This document shows, piece by piece, positions 7,744 through 17,079 of a stretch of 24,639 bases of DNA. Every line of letters begins with the position of its first letter. Position 1 is the first letter of the stretch. The notes beneath the pieces were generated by a model that was not told where the DNA came from, did no database searches, and saw only the letters and a program-made list of their open reading frames with translations. The translations under genes and the position numbers were made by a program. Source of the DNA: a virus (taxonomy: Duplodnaviria; Caudoviricetes); the IMG/VR virus record IMGVR_UViG_3300022178_003533, positions 1 through 24,639 of that record; one strand, 5' to 3'.

Positions 7744-8634
7744 ATGCAACAAGAACAAAAATTAGAACAAGAAAATATTGAACAAGAAACGGTAGAAGTT
7801 GAATTAGAAGATAAAAAAAACGATACCGAAACACAAGAGCCTGAAGAAAAAGTAGAAACAAAAAGTAAAGATGAGTTAGAAGACTACAGTTCAGGTGTTA
7901 AAAATAGAATTGATAAACTTACTAGAAAAATGCGTGAAGAAGAGCGTCAAAAAGAAAGCGCTATTCAATTTGCCGAGAATGTTAAAAAAGAAAATGAAAC
8001 TTTAAAGACTAGATTAACTAATCTTGATAAAGGATATCAAGAAGAATTTGGTTCAAGAGTCGATTCTCAGTTACAAGCGGCAAAAAGATCTTTAAAAGAT
8101 GCACATGACTCAGGAGATACAGATAAAATAGTAGAAGCTCAAGAAAGTTTAGCTACTTTAACTGTTGAAAAGTCAAAATTAAAGAAACCAATTGTTAAAG
8201 AAGAGGCAGAAACACCGAATCAAGCACCAGTTTCTCCAATTCCTGCCCAACAACCTCAACAACCTGCTCAAAATGCACGTCCAGATCCAAAAGCAGAGGC
8301 TTGGGCTAACAAAAACGACTGGTTTGGGCAAGATGAAGTTATGACATATGCATCATTTGGCATTCATAGACGTTTAGTTGAGGATGAAGGGTTTGACCCC
8401 ACATCAGATGAGTACTATAGTGAACTCGATAAACGAATAGCTTCTGAGTTCCCTCATAAAGTAGGACAGAAGCAAACGGGAGGAAGTCAAAAGGTAGTTT
8501 CGGCTACTTCTTCTAAATCCCGCAACAAAGGGGGTAAAAAAACAGTGAGACTATCCGCCTCTCAAGTTGCAATGGCAAAACGATTAGGTGTTCCCGTAGA
8601 GGAATACGCAAAATATGTTAGACAGGAGGCTTAA
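7744..8634 (+). CDS. Putative capsid scaffolding protein
   Basis: Acidic coiled-coil N-terminus (YSSGVKNRIDKLT), P/Q linker, C-terminal LSASQVAMAKRLGVPVEEYAKY. Located upstream of the capsid gene. Confidence 0.7.
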   Translation: MQQEQKLEQENIEQETVEVELEDKKNDTETQEPEEKVETKSKDELEDYSSGVKNRIDKLTRKMREEERQKESAIQFAENVKKENETLKTRLTNLDKGYQEEFGSRVDSQLQAAKRSLKDAHDSGDTDKIVEAQESLATLTVEKSKLKKPIVKEEAETPNQAPVSPIPAQQPQQPAQNARPDPKAEAWANKNDWFGQDEVMTYASFGIHRRLVEDEGFDPTSDEYYSELDKRIASEFPHKVGQKQTGGSQKVVSATSSKSRNKGGKKTVRLSASQVAMAKRLGVPVEEYAKYVRQEA

Positions 8635-9114
8635 ATGAATAGTCAAACAAATAAAAACACAAGAACATCTAGGGAAGCACAATCTCGTGATAATAACGTA
8701 AGAAGAGCTCCTTGGAAGCCACCATCCATGTTGGATGCGCCTAAACCACCTGAAGGTTATGTACATAGGTGGATAAGAACTGAAGTTATGGGTTTTGATG
8801 ATCGAAAAAATGTTTCAGCTAAAGGAAGAGAAGGCTGGGAATTAGTTCGTAAAGATGAATACCCTGACTTCGAAGTACCTTCCATTGAAGATGGAAAGCA
8901 TGCTGGAATTATTGGTGTTGGAGGTTTACTTTTAGCACGTATACCAGTAGAAACCGTTGAAGAACGCTCAAGATACTTTCGAGATCAGTCTCGCAATCAG
9001 ATGCAAGCAGTTGATAATGATTTAGCTCGTGAAGAGCACCCTGCGATGCCTATACACAAGGCAGAAAGACAAAGTCGTGTAAGTTTTGGTGGTTCTCGCA
9101 AAAGTGAGAGCTAA
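8635..9114 (+). CDS. Conserved head-module protein of unknown function
   Basis: RBS AGGAGG. WKPPSMLDAP..GYVHRWIR..EGWELV..GGLLLARIP pattern. Lies between scaffold and capsid genes. Confidence 0.75.
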   Translation: MNSQTNKNTRTSREAQSRDNNVRRAPWKPPSMLDAPKPPEGYVHRWIRTEVMGFDDRKNVSAKGREGWELVRKDEYPDFEVPSIEDGKHAGIIGVGGLLLARIPVETVEERSRYFRDQSRNQMQAVDNDLAREEHPAMPIHKAERQSRVSFGGSRKSES

Positions 9115-9139
9115 ATTTTAATTATTTAGGAGATAAAGA

Positions 9140-9787
9140 ATGGCAAATTCTAATGGAGCGTTTGGATTAAGACCAATAAAAAAATTAGGTCAAAATACAA
9201 ACAGCACTGGTACAACAGAATATAGAATAGCCGCAGGAAACACTAATAAACTGTATCAAGGACAAGCAGTTATTCCTTTAGCTACAGGTTTTATCGATCA
9301 GTTGCAAGCAGCAGCAGGCGGTAATGTTCCTATGTTAGGTGTTTTTTATGGTTGTGAATATGTTTCAAGTACTAGTGGAGAAACTATTTTCTCAAACACT
9401 TGGCAAGGGGCAGGAGCGGATACTAATCATCCAGTAAAAGCTTTTGTATATGACGACCCAAGTCAACTTTTTGTTATCGCTGGTGATGCTGGTGGAACAA
9501 GTTTTGATACTGAAGCAGAAATAAGAGCAGGAGTATTTTCTAATGTTCAATTCGCTAGTGGTAATAGTGGAAGTGATACAACTGGTATGTCTTCTGCTGT
9601 TGCAGACTTGAGCACTATTGCTACTACTGCAACTTTTCCTTTGCGTATTTTGGGTATTCAGGATGATCCTGAAAACTCCGATTTTACTGTAGCAGGTATT
9701 CCTTTGATTGTGCGTATTAACGCTCACTTCAATGCACCTGTAAGTACTTTCGATTCGCAATCAAACGCTAACTCAGCTGGTATATAA
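9140..9787 (+). CDS. Putative capsid decoration/minor capsid protein
   Basis: RBS AGGAG. Beta-rich small-residue composition, MANxNGAFGLRP start, GVFYGCEY, VYDDP. Immediately upstream of the major capsid gene. Confidence 0.6.
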   Translation: MANSNGAFGLRPIKKLGQNTNSTGTTEYRIAAGNTNKLYQGQAVIPLATGFIDQLQAAAGGNVPMLGVFYGCEYVSSTSGETIFSNTWQGAGADTNHPVKAFVYDDPSQLFVIAGDAGGTSFDTEAEIRAGVFSNVQFASGNSGSDTTGMSSAVADLSTIATTATFPLRILGIQDDPENSDFTVAGIPLIVRINAHFNAPVSTFDSQSNANSAGI

Positions 9788-9799
9788 GGAGATTAAACT

Positions 9800-10708
9800 A
9801 TGGCGATATCTAGAGCCCAATTAGCTAAAGAGCTAGAACCTGGTCTTAATGCCTTATTTGGCCTTGAGTACCAAAGATACGAACAAGAGCACACTGAAAT
9901 ATTTGACAAAGAAAATTCTGAGAGAGCTTTCGAAGAAGAAGTAATGTTAAGTGGTTTTGGTTCTGCTCCTGTAAAAAGTGAAGGTGCAGCAGTTGCATTT
10001 GACGATGCAAATGAAGCTTATACTGCAAGGTATAACCATGAAACTATTGCTTTAGCTTTTTCAATAACTGAAGAAGCAATTGAAGATAATCTATATGATA
10101 GATTAGCTACAAGATACACTAAAGCATTAGCTAGAAGCATGGCTAATACTAAACAGGTTAAAGCAGCATCTGTTTTAAACAACGCATTTGACGCTACAAT
10201 AACAGGTGGTGACGGTGTTTCTTTATGTAATGGCTCACACCCATTAACAAACGGTAGCACTTTTAGAAACCAACCTACTACTGCAGCTGATTTAAATGAA
10301 ACAAGCTTAGAAAATGCCTTAATTGACATTTCTGGTTTTGTTGATGAGCGTGGTTTAAGAGTTTCTGTTCGTGGTTTAAAACTAATAATTCCATCAAATC
10401 TACAATTTATAGCTGATAGAATATTAGAGTCCACATTAAGACCAGGGACTGCTGACAATGACGTTAACGCAATGAAGAACATGGGAATGCTTCCTGAAGG
10501 TTATACTGTCAACCACTATTTATTAGACACTGATGCATTTTTTATTAAGACAGATGCACCAAGAGGTTTCGTTCAGTTTGAAAGAATGCCTATGTCTACT
10601 AAGATGGAAGGTGACTTTGACACAGGAAATATGAGATTTAAAGCAAGAGAGAGATACTCTTTTGGTTTCTCAGACCCAAGATGTGTTTACGGCTCACAAG
10701 GAGCTTAA
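9800..10708 (+). CDS. Major capsid protein (HK97 fold)
   Basis: RBS AAGGAG. MAISRAQLAKELEPGLNALFGLEY, HETIALAFSITEEAIEDNLY, GDFDTGNMRFKARERYSFG. Size and position fit. Confidence 0.9.
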   Translation: MAISRAQLAKELEPGLNALFGLEYQRYEQEHTEIFDKENSERAFEEEVMLSGFGSAPVKSEGAAVAFDDANEAYTARYNHETIALAFSITEEAIEDNLYDRLATRYTKALARSMANTKQVKAASVLNNAFDATITGGDGVSLCNGSHPLTNGSTFRNQPTTAADLNETSLENALIDISGFVDERGLRVSVRGLKLIIPSNLQFIADRILESTLRPGTADNDVNAMKNMGMLPEGYTVNHYLLDTDAFFIKTDAPRGFVQFERMPMSTKMEGDFDTGNMRFKARERYSFGFSDPRCVYGSQGA

Positions 10709-10721
10709 TCTAGGATTTAAC

Positions 10722-10768
10722 TTGCCCTATGGACTGACCTAGCAGACGCTTATACGACCATAGGGCAA
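10722..10768 (+). other. Intergenic stem-loop / candidate structured RNA
   Basis: Perfect 11-bp inverted repeat TTGCCCTATGG (10722-10732) / CCATAGGGCAA (10758-10768) enclosing 25 nt that can form two mini-hairpins. Confidence 0.65.
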
Positions 10769-10793
10769 AAAACTTTATAAGAGGTAAAAAATT

Positions 10794-11423
10794 ATGGCAA
10801 CAACAACTTTTAACGGTCCAGTCAGATCTGAAAACGGATTTGAAACTGTTTCAAAAAATGCAACTACTGGTGCAATAACTGTAACTAGTGGTAGTAAAAT
10901 GGCAAGTGAAGCTGCTGGAGGTGCTGGTATTGAAGGCACAGCAGCAGTGTATATTACGCAAGTAGAAAGACTTAAAAGCGATACAACTACTAATGTTAAT
11001 ATAGTAAAAACAACTATTATGATAGATTTAACAGGATTAAATTCTGGTGGAACTGCTGGTGACATTATCGGTAAAGATGGTTCAGGTGTAGCATATATAG
11101 GTCAAATAACAACAGCAAACCAAGGAACAGTTTTTGGTGTAACTATGGAATGTTTTGAAACACCTACTACTGGTGAAGATGACATTGATATATATGTTGC
11201 AACAGAAGCTACTGGTGTTGAAGACACAGCTATTGGTGACTTAACAGAAAATCAATTAGTAAATGGTGGTGCACAGGCAGTGGGGGGTAGAGCTACTAAC
11301 GTAACTACTTTACCGACAACCGCAGATCAATATTTATATTTAGTTGGTCAAGGAACAACAGCTGGCACTTATGATGCAGGTAAACTTTTAATTACAATAC
11401 TTGGTTACGATGTAGCTAGTTAA
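10794..11423 (+). CDS. Putative virion structural protein
   Basis: RBS GAGGT. N-terminal MATTTFNGPVRSENGF, T/G/A-rich beta composition. Follows the capsid gene. Confidence 0.7.
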   Translation: MATTTFNGPVRSENGFETVSKNATTGAITVTSGSKMASEAAGGAGIEGTAAVYITQVERLKSDTTTNVNIVKTTIMIDLTGLNSGGTAGDIIGKDGSGVAYIGQITTANQGTVFGVTMECFETPTTGEDDIDIYVATEATGVEDTAIGDLTENQLVNGGAQAVGGRATNVTTLPTTADQYLYLVGQGTTAGTYDAGKLLITILGYDVAS

Positions 11424-11435
11424 TAGGAGAATATA

Positions 11436-11846
11436 ATGGCCGATACAAATACTAATACCACTATTATAGATGGTGATAAAAAAGTTGTTCAGTCATTTGT
11501 TCATACTTATGTGGATACTGGTGAGGGCACTGCCGTCAAAAAAATTGATGTTAGTGCTCTTGCTACAAACACAAGAGGTCAAGCTTGTACAAATGTAAGA
11601 ATAACGAGAATATGGTTTTCAACTCACGGTTTAACTGTAAAAATATTAGGTAATGCTAGTACCAATGTTTTATTACTTGAGTTACCTACAAATTATCAAG
11701 GTGATTTAGACTTCACTAGTTTTGGTGGTATACCTAATACTGCTAAAGGAACTACTGGTGCAGATGGAGATATTTATTTTTCAACTCACGGTGAAGGATC
11801 TAATGATACATATACAGTTATTATTGAAGCTATAAAGGAGTACTAA
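11436..11846 (+). CDS. Putative virion structural protein
   Basis: RBS AGGAG. KKIDVSAL..C..VRITRIW..DFTSFGGIPN..GDIYF pattern. Coupled to the next gene. Confidence 0.7.
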   Translation: MADTNTNTTIIDGDKKVVQSFVHTYVDTGEGTAVKKIDVSALATNTRGQACTNVRITRIWFSTHGLTVKILGNASTNVLLLELPTNYQGDLDFTSFGGIPNTAKGTTGADGDIYFSTHGEGSNDTYTVIIEAIKEY

Positions 11847-12748
11847 TGACTACATCAGGAAGTTCAGATTTTAATCTGGATATGGCAGAAGTTGCAGAAG
11901 AGGCTTTTGAAAGATGTGGGTTAGAGTTAAGAACAGGTTATGACGCTAAAACTGCCCGGAGATCTTTAAATCTTTTATTTGCTGAATGGGCAAATAGAGG
12001 TTTAAATCTTTGGACGGTAGAAGAAATAACTCAAAGTTTAGCTTATTTATCTTCTAGTTCTTCTGTAGCTACCTATCCAATAGGAACTATAACTATGACT
12101 GTAGCGGCTTCTGCTAATTTTACAGTAGGAGAAACTATTACAGGAGGAACTTCAGGAGCTACTGCTAGTATTATAACAAAACCTACTGCTACCTCTATGA
12201 CTATTACTATTCCTGTAGGAACTTTTTCAGCTACTGAAACTTTAACTGGATCTAGTAGTGGAGCAACAACAACTCTTTCTTCTGCGGTATCTTTAGCAGA
12301 TGCGCAGTCAACAGTAGATGTTTTAGAAGTGGCAATTAGAAGAAGTGGTGCAGATACAGTTACTACTAGATTAAGTAGAGGAGATTATTTAGCTATATCA
12401 GATAAAGATTCTCAAGGAAGACCTACTCAATTTTATATAGATAGACAAATAACTCCTACTATGACTGTTTGGCCTTCTCCTGAAAATTCTACCGATCAAC
12501 TTATTTATTATAGAGTAAGAAGAATACAGGATGCAGATTCTTCAGTAGATACAGGAGATATTCCTTTTCGTTTTTTACCTTGTTTAGTAGCAGGATTATC
12601 TTATTATATAGCTGTAAAAAGAGCCCCTAATAGAATAGGTGTTTTAAAAGATATTTATGAAGAAGAGTTTCAAAGAGCCGCTTCCGAAGACGGAGAAAGA
12701 GCAGGTCTTAGATTAGTTCCTTCTTACTCATCATTAAGGGTAATTTAA
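11846..12748 (+). CDS. Putative head-tail adaptor / tail tubular A-like protein with internal beta insertion
   Basis: EEAFERCG..TARRSLNLLFAEWANRGLNLWT helix bundle, GRPTQFYIDR, VWPSP, PFRFLPCLVAGLSYY. Confidence 0.6.
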   Translation: MTTSGSSDFNLDMAEVAEEAFERCGLELRTGYDAKTARRSLNLLFAEWANRGLNLWTVEEITQSLAYLSSSSSVATYPIGTITMTVAASANFTVGETITGGTSGATASIITKPTATSMTITIPVGTFSATETLTGSSSGATTTLSSAVSLADAQSTVDVLEVAIRRSGADTVTTRLSRGDYLAISDKDSQGRPTQFYIDRQITPTMTVWPSPENSTDQLIYYRVRRIQDADSSVDTGDIPFRFLPCLVAGLSYYIAVKRAPNRIGVLKDIYEEEFQRAASEDGERAGLRLVPSYSSLRVI

Positions 12749-13297
12749 ATGGCTAGGTATGCATCAGGTAAATTTGCTTTAGGAATATCTGATAGATCAG
12801 GCAGATCTTATAAAGTTAAAAATATGATACAAGAATGGAATGGTCTTTTTGTAGGAAAAGATGAATATGAGCCTAAACAACCACAAATACAACCAAGAAA
12901 AGTAAAGCCTGATCCAGAAGCTCTACGTATTAGTAGAACAGACAGAAAAGAACCCCCATCTCAAGTTATTTTAAACCCTAATTCTTTTACATCAGGTGAT
13001 GCAGGGTCTAATATAATTACTGTTTTAGAACCTGGTCATAATAAAGTTACAGGAGATATTGTTCGTTTTAGAATATGTGATGCTTTCGATGGTTTTACTA
13101 AATCTATGTTAGAAACAAACACAGGATTTGCCGTTACTGTTATAGCTCCTACAGGTACATTAGTAACATCTAACTCATATACATTTGTAGCTACTGGTGG
13201 AGAAACTGCTACTATAGGAAGTATATCAGGTGGTGGAGTAAAAGCTACCGCAGGACCTGTTGACGATCCACATTTAACAAGTTATCCTATAGGTTAA
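12749..13297 (+). CDS. Conserved tail-module protein with C-terminal small beta domain
   Basis: N-terminal YASGKFALGISDRSG..EWNG..EYEPKQPQ. The C-terminal module resembles one in 18502-20778. Confidence 0.65.
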   Translation: MARYASGKFALGISDRSGRSYKVKNMIQEWNGLFVGKDEYEPKQPQIQPRKVKPDPEALRISRTDRKEPPSQVILNPNSFTSGDAGSNIITVLEPGHNKVTGDIVRFRICDAFDGFTKSMLETNTGFAVTVIAPTGTLVTSNSYTFVATGGETATIGSISGGGVKATAGPVDDPHLTSYPIG

Positions 13298-13301
13298 TAA
13301 A

Positions 13302-13949
13302 ATGGCATATACATTTACAACATTAAAAACAGCTATACAAGATTATACGCAAAATACAGAAACAACTTTTGTTTCCCAATTATCTAGATTTATTATTAAT
13401 GCAGAAGAAAGAATATTAAAAGAATGCGAATTACCTTTTTTCAGAAAGTATGTATCAGGACAAACAACTAATGGAAACAAATTTCTTAGTAAACCTCTTA
13501 ATGATTTTTTATCGCCTTTTTCATTAAGTGTAGTAAACGATTCAAAAAATGAATTTTTATTATATAAACATGTAACATTTTTACAAGATTACACTCCTAA
13601 TCCAGCTACAACTGGTGTTCCTTTGTATTACGCTAATTGGGACGAATCTAGTTTTATATTAGCTCCTACTCCTAGTGCTAGTTTTAATATGGAACTACAT
13701 TATTTTTATAGACCAACTTCAATTACTTCTACAACTGATGGAACATCTTGGTTAGGAACTAATGCTGAATTAGCTCTTTTATATGGTTCTTTAGTTGAAG
13801 CGTATACATTTATGAAAGGTGAAGCAGATATGTTACAGTTGTATAATGCAAGATATGCAGAAGCCTTAAAATGGTTAAAAAATCTTGGAGAAGGAAGAGA
13901 TACAAGAGATTCTTACAGATATGATAACCTTAGAAGGGATATAGCTTAA
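13302..13949 (+). CDS. Putative adaptor/connector protein (second adaptor-like gene)
   Basis: LKTAIQDY..FIINAEERI, GVPLYYA, LAPTP, LLYGSLVEAYTFMKG. Same helix-beta-helix layout as 11846-12748. Confidence 0.6.
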   Translation: MAYTFTTLKTAIQDYTQNTETTFVSQLSRFIINAEERILKECELPFFRKYVSGQTTNGNKFLSKPLNDFLSPFSLSVVNDSKNEFLLYKHVTFLQDYTPNPATTGVPLYYANWDESSFILAPTPSASFNMELHYFYRPTSITSTTDGTSWLGTNAELALLYGSLVEAYTFMKGEADMLQLYNARYAEALKWLKNLGEGRDTRDSYRYDNLRRDIA

Positions 13950-14239
13950 TGTTAGATAATAAAAGTTCTAGTGAATTAGGACCTGTAAATGTTTACACAT
14001 CTAATAATAGAGGTCATAGCCCTGAAGAAATAGCTGAAATGGCTTTAAATAAAATAATGATGGTTAGCGATAGTGCGCCTCCTGTCATACGAGATCAAGC
14101 TATTGCTCATAAAAATAGGTTGAAAGAAGTTCTTATTTTTTATATGAATAAGATGGCTCAAAGTGAAAGAACAACAATTTGGGCATTAATGAAGAAACAA
14201 GGTCAAGAAGACATGGCTGAAATTATAAGGAGGTTATAA
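13949..14239 (+). CDS. Small conserved hypothetical protein
   Basis: Coupled at both ends. V.TSNNRGHSPEEIAE..APPVIRDQA pattern. Confidence 0.75.
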   Translation: MLDNKSSSELGPVNVYTSNNRGHSPEEIAEMALNKIMMVSDSAPPVIRDQAIAHKNRLKEVLIFYMNKMAQSERTTIWALMKKQGQEDMAEIIRRL

Positions 14240-14749
14240 ATGGCTATTAATCAAGCAATGTGTGGAAGTTTTAAAAAAGAAATATTAGCAGGTGTTCATA
14301 GATGGACAACATCTTCTCGTGGAGATGGTTCTTCTATTTCAGCAGACAATTTTTATGTAGCAATGTTTACATCAAGTAGATCAGATGCTAATGAAGATTT
14401 AACAGGGTATACAAATACTAATGAAGTTAGTGGAACTAATTATACCGCAGGAGGTCAAGTTTTAGGAAGTGTAACTATTGGATTAACAGATAACTCATCT
14501 TCTGTTCCTACTGCTTTTTTAGATTTTGCAGACACTACTTTTTCATCATCTACTATTAGTAATGCAAGAGTTGCAGTTATATATAATCATTCACTAACAA
14601 ATGCAGGTACTGCTGGAACAGTTACTCATGCGGCTAAACCATCAGTTGCTGTTTTAGATTTTGGAAGTAATAAATCCTCTAGTTCTGGAGATTTTACTAT
14701 TCAATATCCTGCTAATGATGCAAATAACGCGGTTATTAGAATAGCTTAG
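14240..14749 (+). CDS. Putative tail structural protein
   Basis: RBS AGGAGG. MAINQAMCGSFKKEIL, NEVSGTNYTAGG, AFLDFAD, VAVLDFG, GDFTIQYP. Confidence 0.65.
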   Translation: MAINQAMCGSFKKEILAGVHRWTTSSRGDGSSISADNFYVAMFTSSRSDANEDLTGYTNTNEVSGTNYTAGGQVLGSVTIGLTDNSSSVPTAFLDFADTTFSSSTISNARVAVIYNHSLTNAGTAGTVTHAAKPSVAVLDFGSNKSSSSGDFTIQYPANDANNAVIRIA

Positions 14750-14750
14750 T

Positions 14751-15866
14751 ATGTCTCATTTTACTTACACCGTTACCGTTGTAAGTACAGGTGGCGGTAA
14801 TAAATACGCTATAAATGGTAATCAACAAGCTAGTTTAAACTTATTTGAGGGAGCAACTTATAAGTTTGATCAGTCTGATAACTCTAATAGTAGTCATCCA
14901 TTTAGGTTTTCAACTACTGATGATGGAACGCATAGTGGTGGATCTCAATACACTACTAATGTAACTACATCAGGAACTCCAGGAAATTCAGGTGCATATA
15001 CTCAAATAACAGTAGCTGCTTCAGCTCCCGATCTTTATTATTATTGTACGAATCACTCTGGTATGGGTGGTGTTGCTACAACAACAGGAACAATTTTATC
15101 TGGGTGGGGGCGATCTACATTTAATGCAGGTCCGTGGGGAGAAGGCACTTTTGCAGTAGCTGTATCTGAAACAGGCGTTGTTGCTGCTTCTACAATTAGT
15201 AGTGCAACTGTAACTGCTGTTCAATCTATTACAGTTAGTGCTACAGGAGTATCTGCTACAACAGATATTGGTAATCAAGGATGGGGTAGATCAACTTGGA
15301 GCAGTGGCGGATGGGGCTCACCTATTTTTGGAACTGTTGTTGAAGGTACTGGTATTACAGTTAGTGAGACAGGAGTGCAAGCCGCAAGCACCATATCTAA
15401 CGTTTCTATACAAGAAGGTGGTGGTATAACTGTTGGAATTAGTGCAGGAGTTCAAGCTTCAAGTGCTATTAATGATATTATAATACCTCAAGCTCTTATT
15501 TTTGCTACAGGAGTACAAGCATCAATAACACTTAGTGATATTGATGTAGGGTTAGGTTTTGGAGTGACAGGAGTACAAGCTTCAAGTACTATTGGTAGTG
15601 AAACAATAGTAGAAGGAACAGGCGTTACTGTTTCAGCAACAGGAGTAGTTACTGCAAGCACTATTGGTAGTGAAACAGTAGTAGAAGGAACAGGTATTAC
15701 TGTGACAGCAACTGGCGTATCCGTTACATCCCATATTGCAAGCGTAGGTTTTTCTGCTGTAATAATAGTAACAGGTGTTAGCGCAAATGGTTTAATAAGC
15801 ACTGTAACTGTGTGGCAGGAAATAGATACTTCACAATCACCTAATTGGGTAGAAATAGCAGCATAG
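14751..15866 (+). CDS. Tail fibre/spike-like repeat protein with N-terminal cupredoxin-like domain
   Basis: HPFRFS...YYYCTNHSGMG domain, two GWGRSTxxxGxWG repeats, and many approximately 24-aa T-G-V-x-A-x-S-x-I repeats. Confidence 0.65.
   Translation: MSHFTYTVTVVSTGGGNKYAINGNQQASLNLFEGATYKFDQSDNSNSSHPFRFSTTDDGTHSGGSQYTTNVTTSGTPGNSGAYTQITVAASAPDLYYYCTNHSGMGGVATTTGTILSGWGRSTFNAGPWGEGTFAVAVSETGVVAASTISSATVTAVQSITVSATGVSATTDIGNQGWGRSTWSSGGWGSPIFGTVVEGTGITVSETGVQAASTISNVSIQEGGGITVGISAGVQASSAINDIIIPQALIFATGVQASITLSDIDVGLGFGVTGVQASSTIGSETIVEGTGVTVSATGVVTASTIGSETVVEGTGITVTATGVSVTSHIASVGFSAVIIVTGVSANGLISTVTVWQEIDTSQSPNWVEIAA
15588..15694 (+). repeat. 72-nt-period coding direct repeat
   Basis: ACTATTGGTAGTGAAACA(A/G)TAGTAGAAGGAACAGG at 15588-15622 and 15660-15694, 34/35 identical. 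Confidence 0.9.
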
Positions 15867-15877
15867 GAGAATAAAAT

Positions 15878-17071
15878 ATGGCATCATCGTTTACAACAAG
15901 TTTTGGAATAGAAAAAATAACAACAGGTGAGCAGTCAGGCTCCTGGGGCACAACAACAAATTACAATATAGATATTCTAGATAGAATAGCTTCTTACAAA
16001 TCAGTAGCATTATCTGATGCATCTACAGCAACATTAACAGTTAGAGCAGGATCTCCAACTGATGGAGGAAATAATGTTCAAGATGGAATGTATAGAATAA
16101 TAAAGTTTACAGGAACTTTAAGTCAAAACTGTACAATAACTATAGCTCCTGCCACTACTACTTCTTATTTTGTTTTTCAAAATGCTACAAGTGGTGGATA
16201 CAGTATTATTATGAAACAAGGATCTGGAGCAGCTACAGTCACTATACCAACTACTAAATCAAACATGGTTTATTGTGATGGTAGTGATGAAGTTATATCT
16301 GTTTCTGCTTTATTTGAGTTTGGTTCTATGAGTTCATTTACATTAGCTGGTACTTCTGGAGCCAATCAAACAATATCTGATAGTAATACATTAACCATTG
16401 CTGCAGGAGAAGGTATTACAACAACTGGTGGCAGTACAGATACAGTAACAGTGGCAGGAGAAGATGCTACTACTTCTAATAAAGGCATAGCTTCTTTTAC
16501 TAGTTCAGATTTTAGTGTATCAAGTGGAGCAGTATCTTTAGCTAGTACAATTAAAAAAGCTGGTAAAGAAACTATATGGGTTCCAGCAGTTGCTATGTAT
16601 CCTAATACAACAAATGGTGCAGAAGCAGCTCAAGTAGAATTAAGTAATGGACCAGAGATAAAGGTCTTAGACTTTGATGCTAGTTCAGATGAAAATGCGC
16701 AATTTGCAGTAGCTTTTCCTAAATCATGGAATGAAGGCACTGTTACTTTTCAAGCATTTTTTACAGTTACAGGAACAAATACAGGTACAGTAGCTTGGGG
16801 TTTATCTGGTGTAGCAATTTCAGATAATGACTCTTGCAACACAGCATTTGGAACTAACGTAGTTGCAACTGCTAAAGCACATAGTGGAACATCAAATGAT
16901 TTAGATGTTGCCGCAGAAAGTGGAGCTGTAACTATAGCTGGTTCACCAGCAGCAAATGATCAAGTATTCTTTCAAGTAATGAGAGATGTTTCTGCTGATG
17001 ACCAATCAGGAGACGCTAGATTATTAGGAATTAAATTATTCTTTACAACTGATGCAGCAAATGACGCATAA
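15878..17071 (+). CDS. Putative tail fibre protein
   Basis: RBS AGGAG. N-terminal anchor-like TGEQSGSWGTTTN, S/T/G-rich shaft, distinct C-terminal beta-sandwich domain from about GKETIWVPA. Confidence 0.65.
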   Translation: MASSFTTSFGIEKITTGEQSGSWGTTTNYNIDILDRIASYKSVALSDASTATLTVRAGSPTDGGNNVQDGMYRIIKFTGTLSQNCTITIAPATTTSYFVFQNATSGGYSIIMKQGSGAATVTIPTTKSNMVYCDGSDEVISVSALFEFGSMSSFTLAGTSGANQTISDSNTLTIAAGEGITTTGGSTDTVTVAGEDATTSNKGIASFTSSDFSVSSGAVSLASTIKKAGKETIWVPAVAMYPNTTNGAEAAQVELSNGPEIKVLDFDASSDENAQFAVAFPKSWNEGTVTFQAFFTVTGTNTGTVAWGLSGVAISDNDSCNTAFGTNVVATAKAHSGTSNDLDVAAESGAVTIAGSPAANDQVFFQVMRDVSADDQSGDARLLGIKLFFTTDAANDA

Positions 17072-17079
17072 GGTTTAAT

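Noticed and set aside
10722-10776. Rho-independent terminator or hammerhead ribozyme after the capsid gene
   Set aside because: No U-tract directly follows the stem on either strand. CTGA is present but the hammerhead CUGANGA...GAAA core is not.
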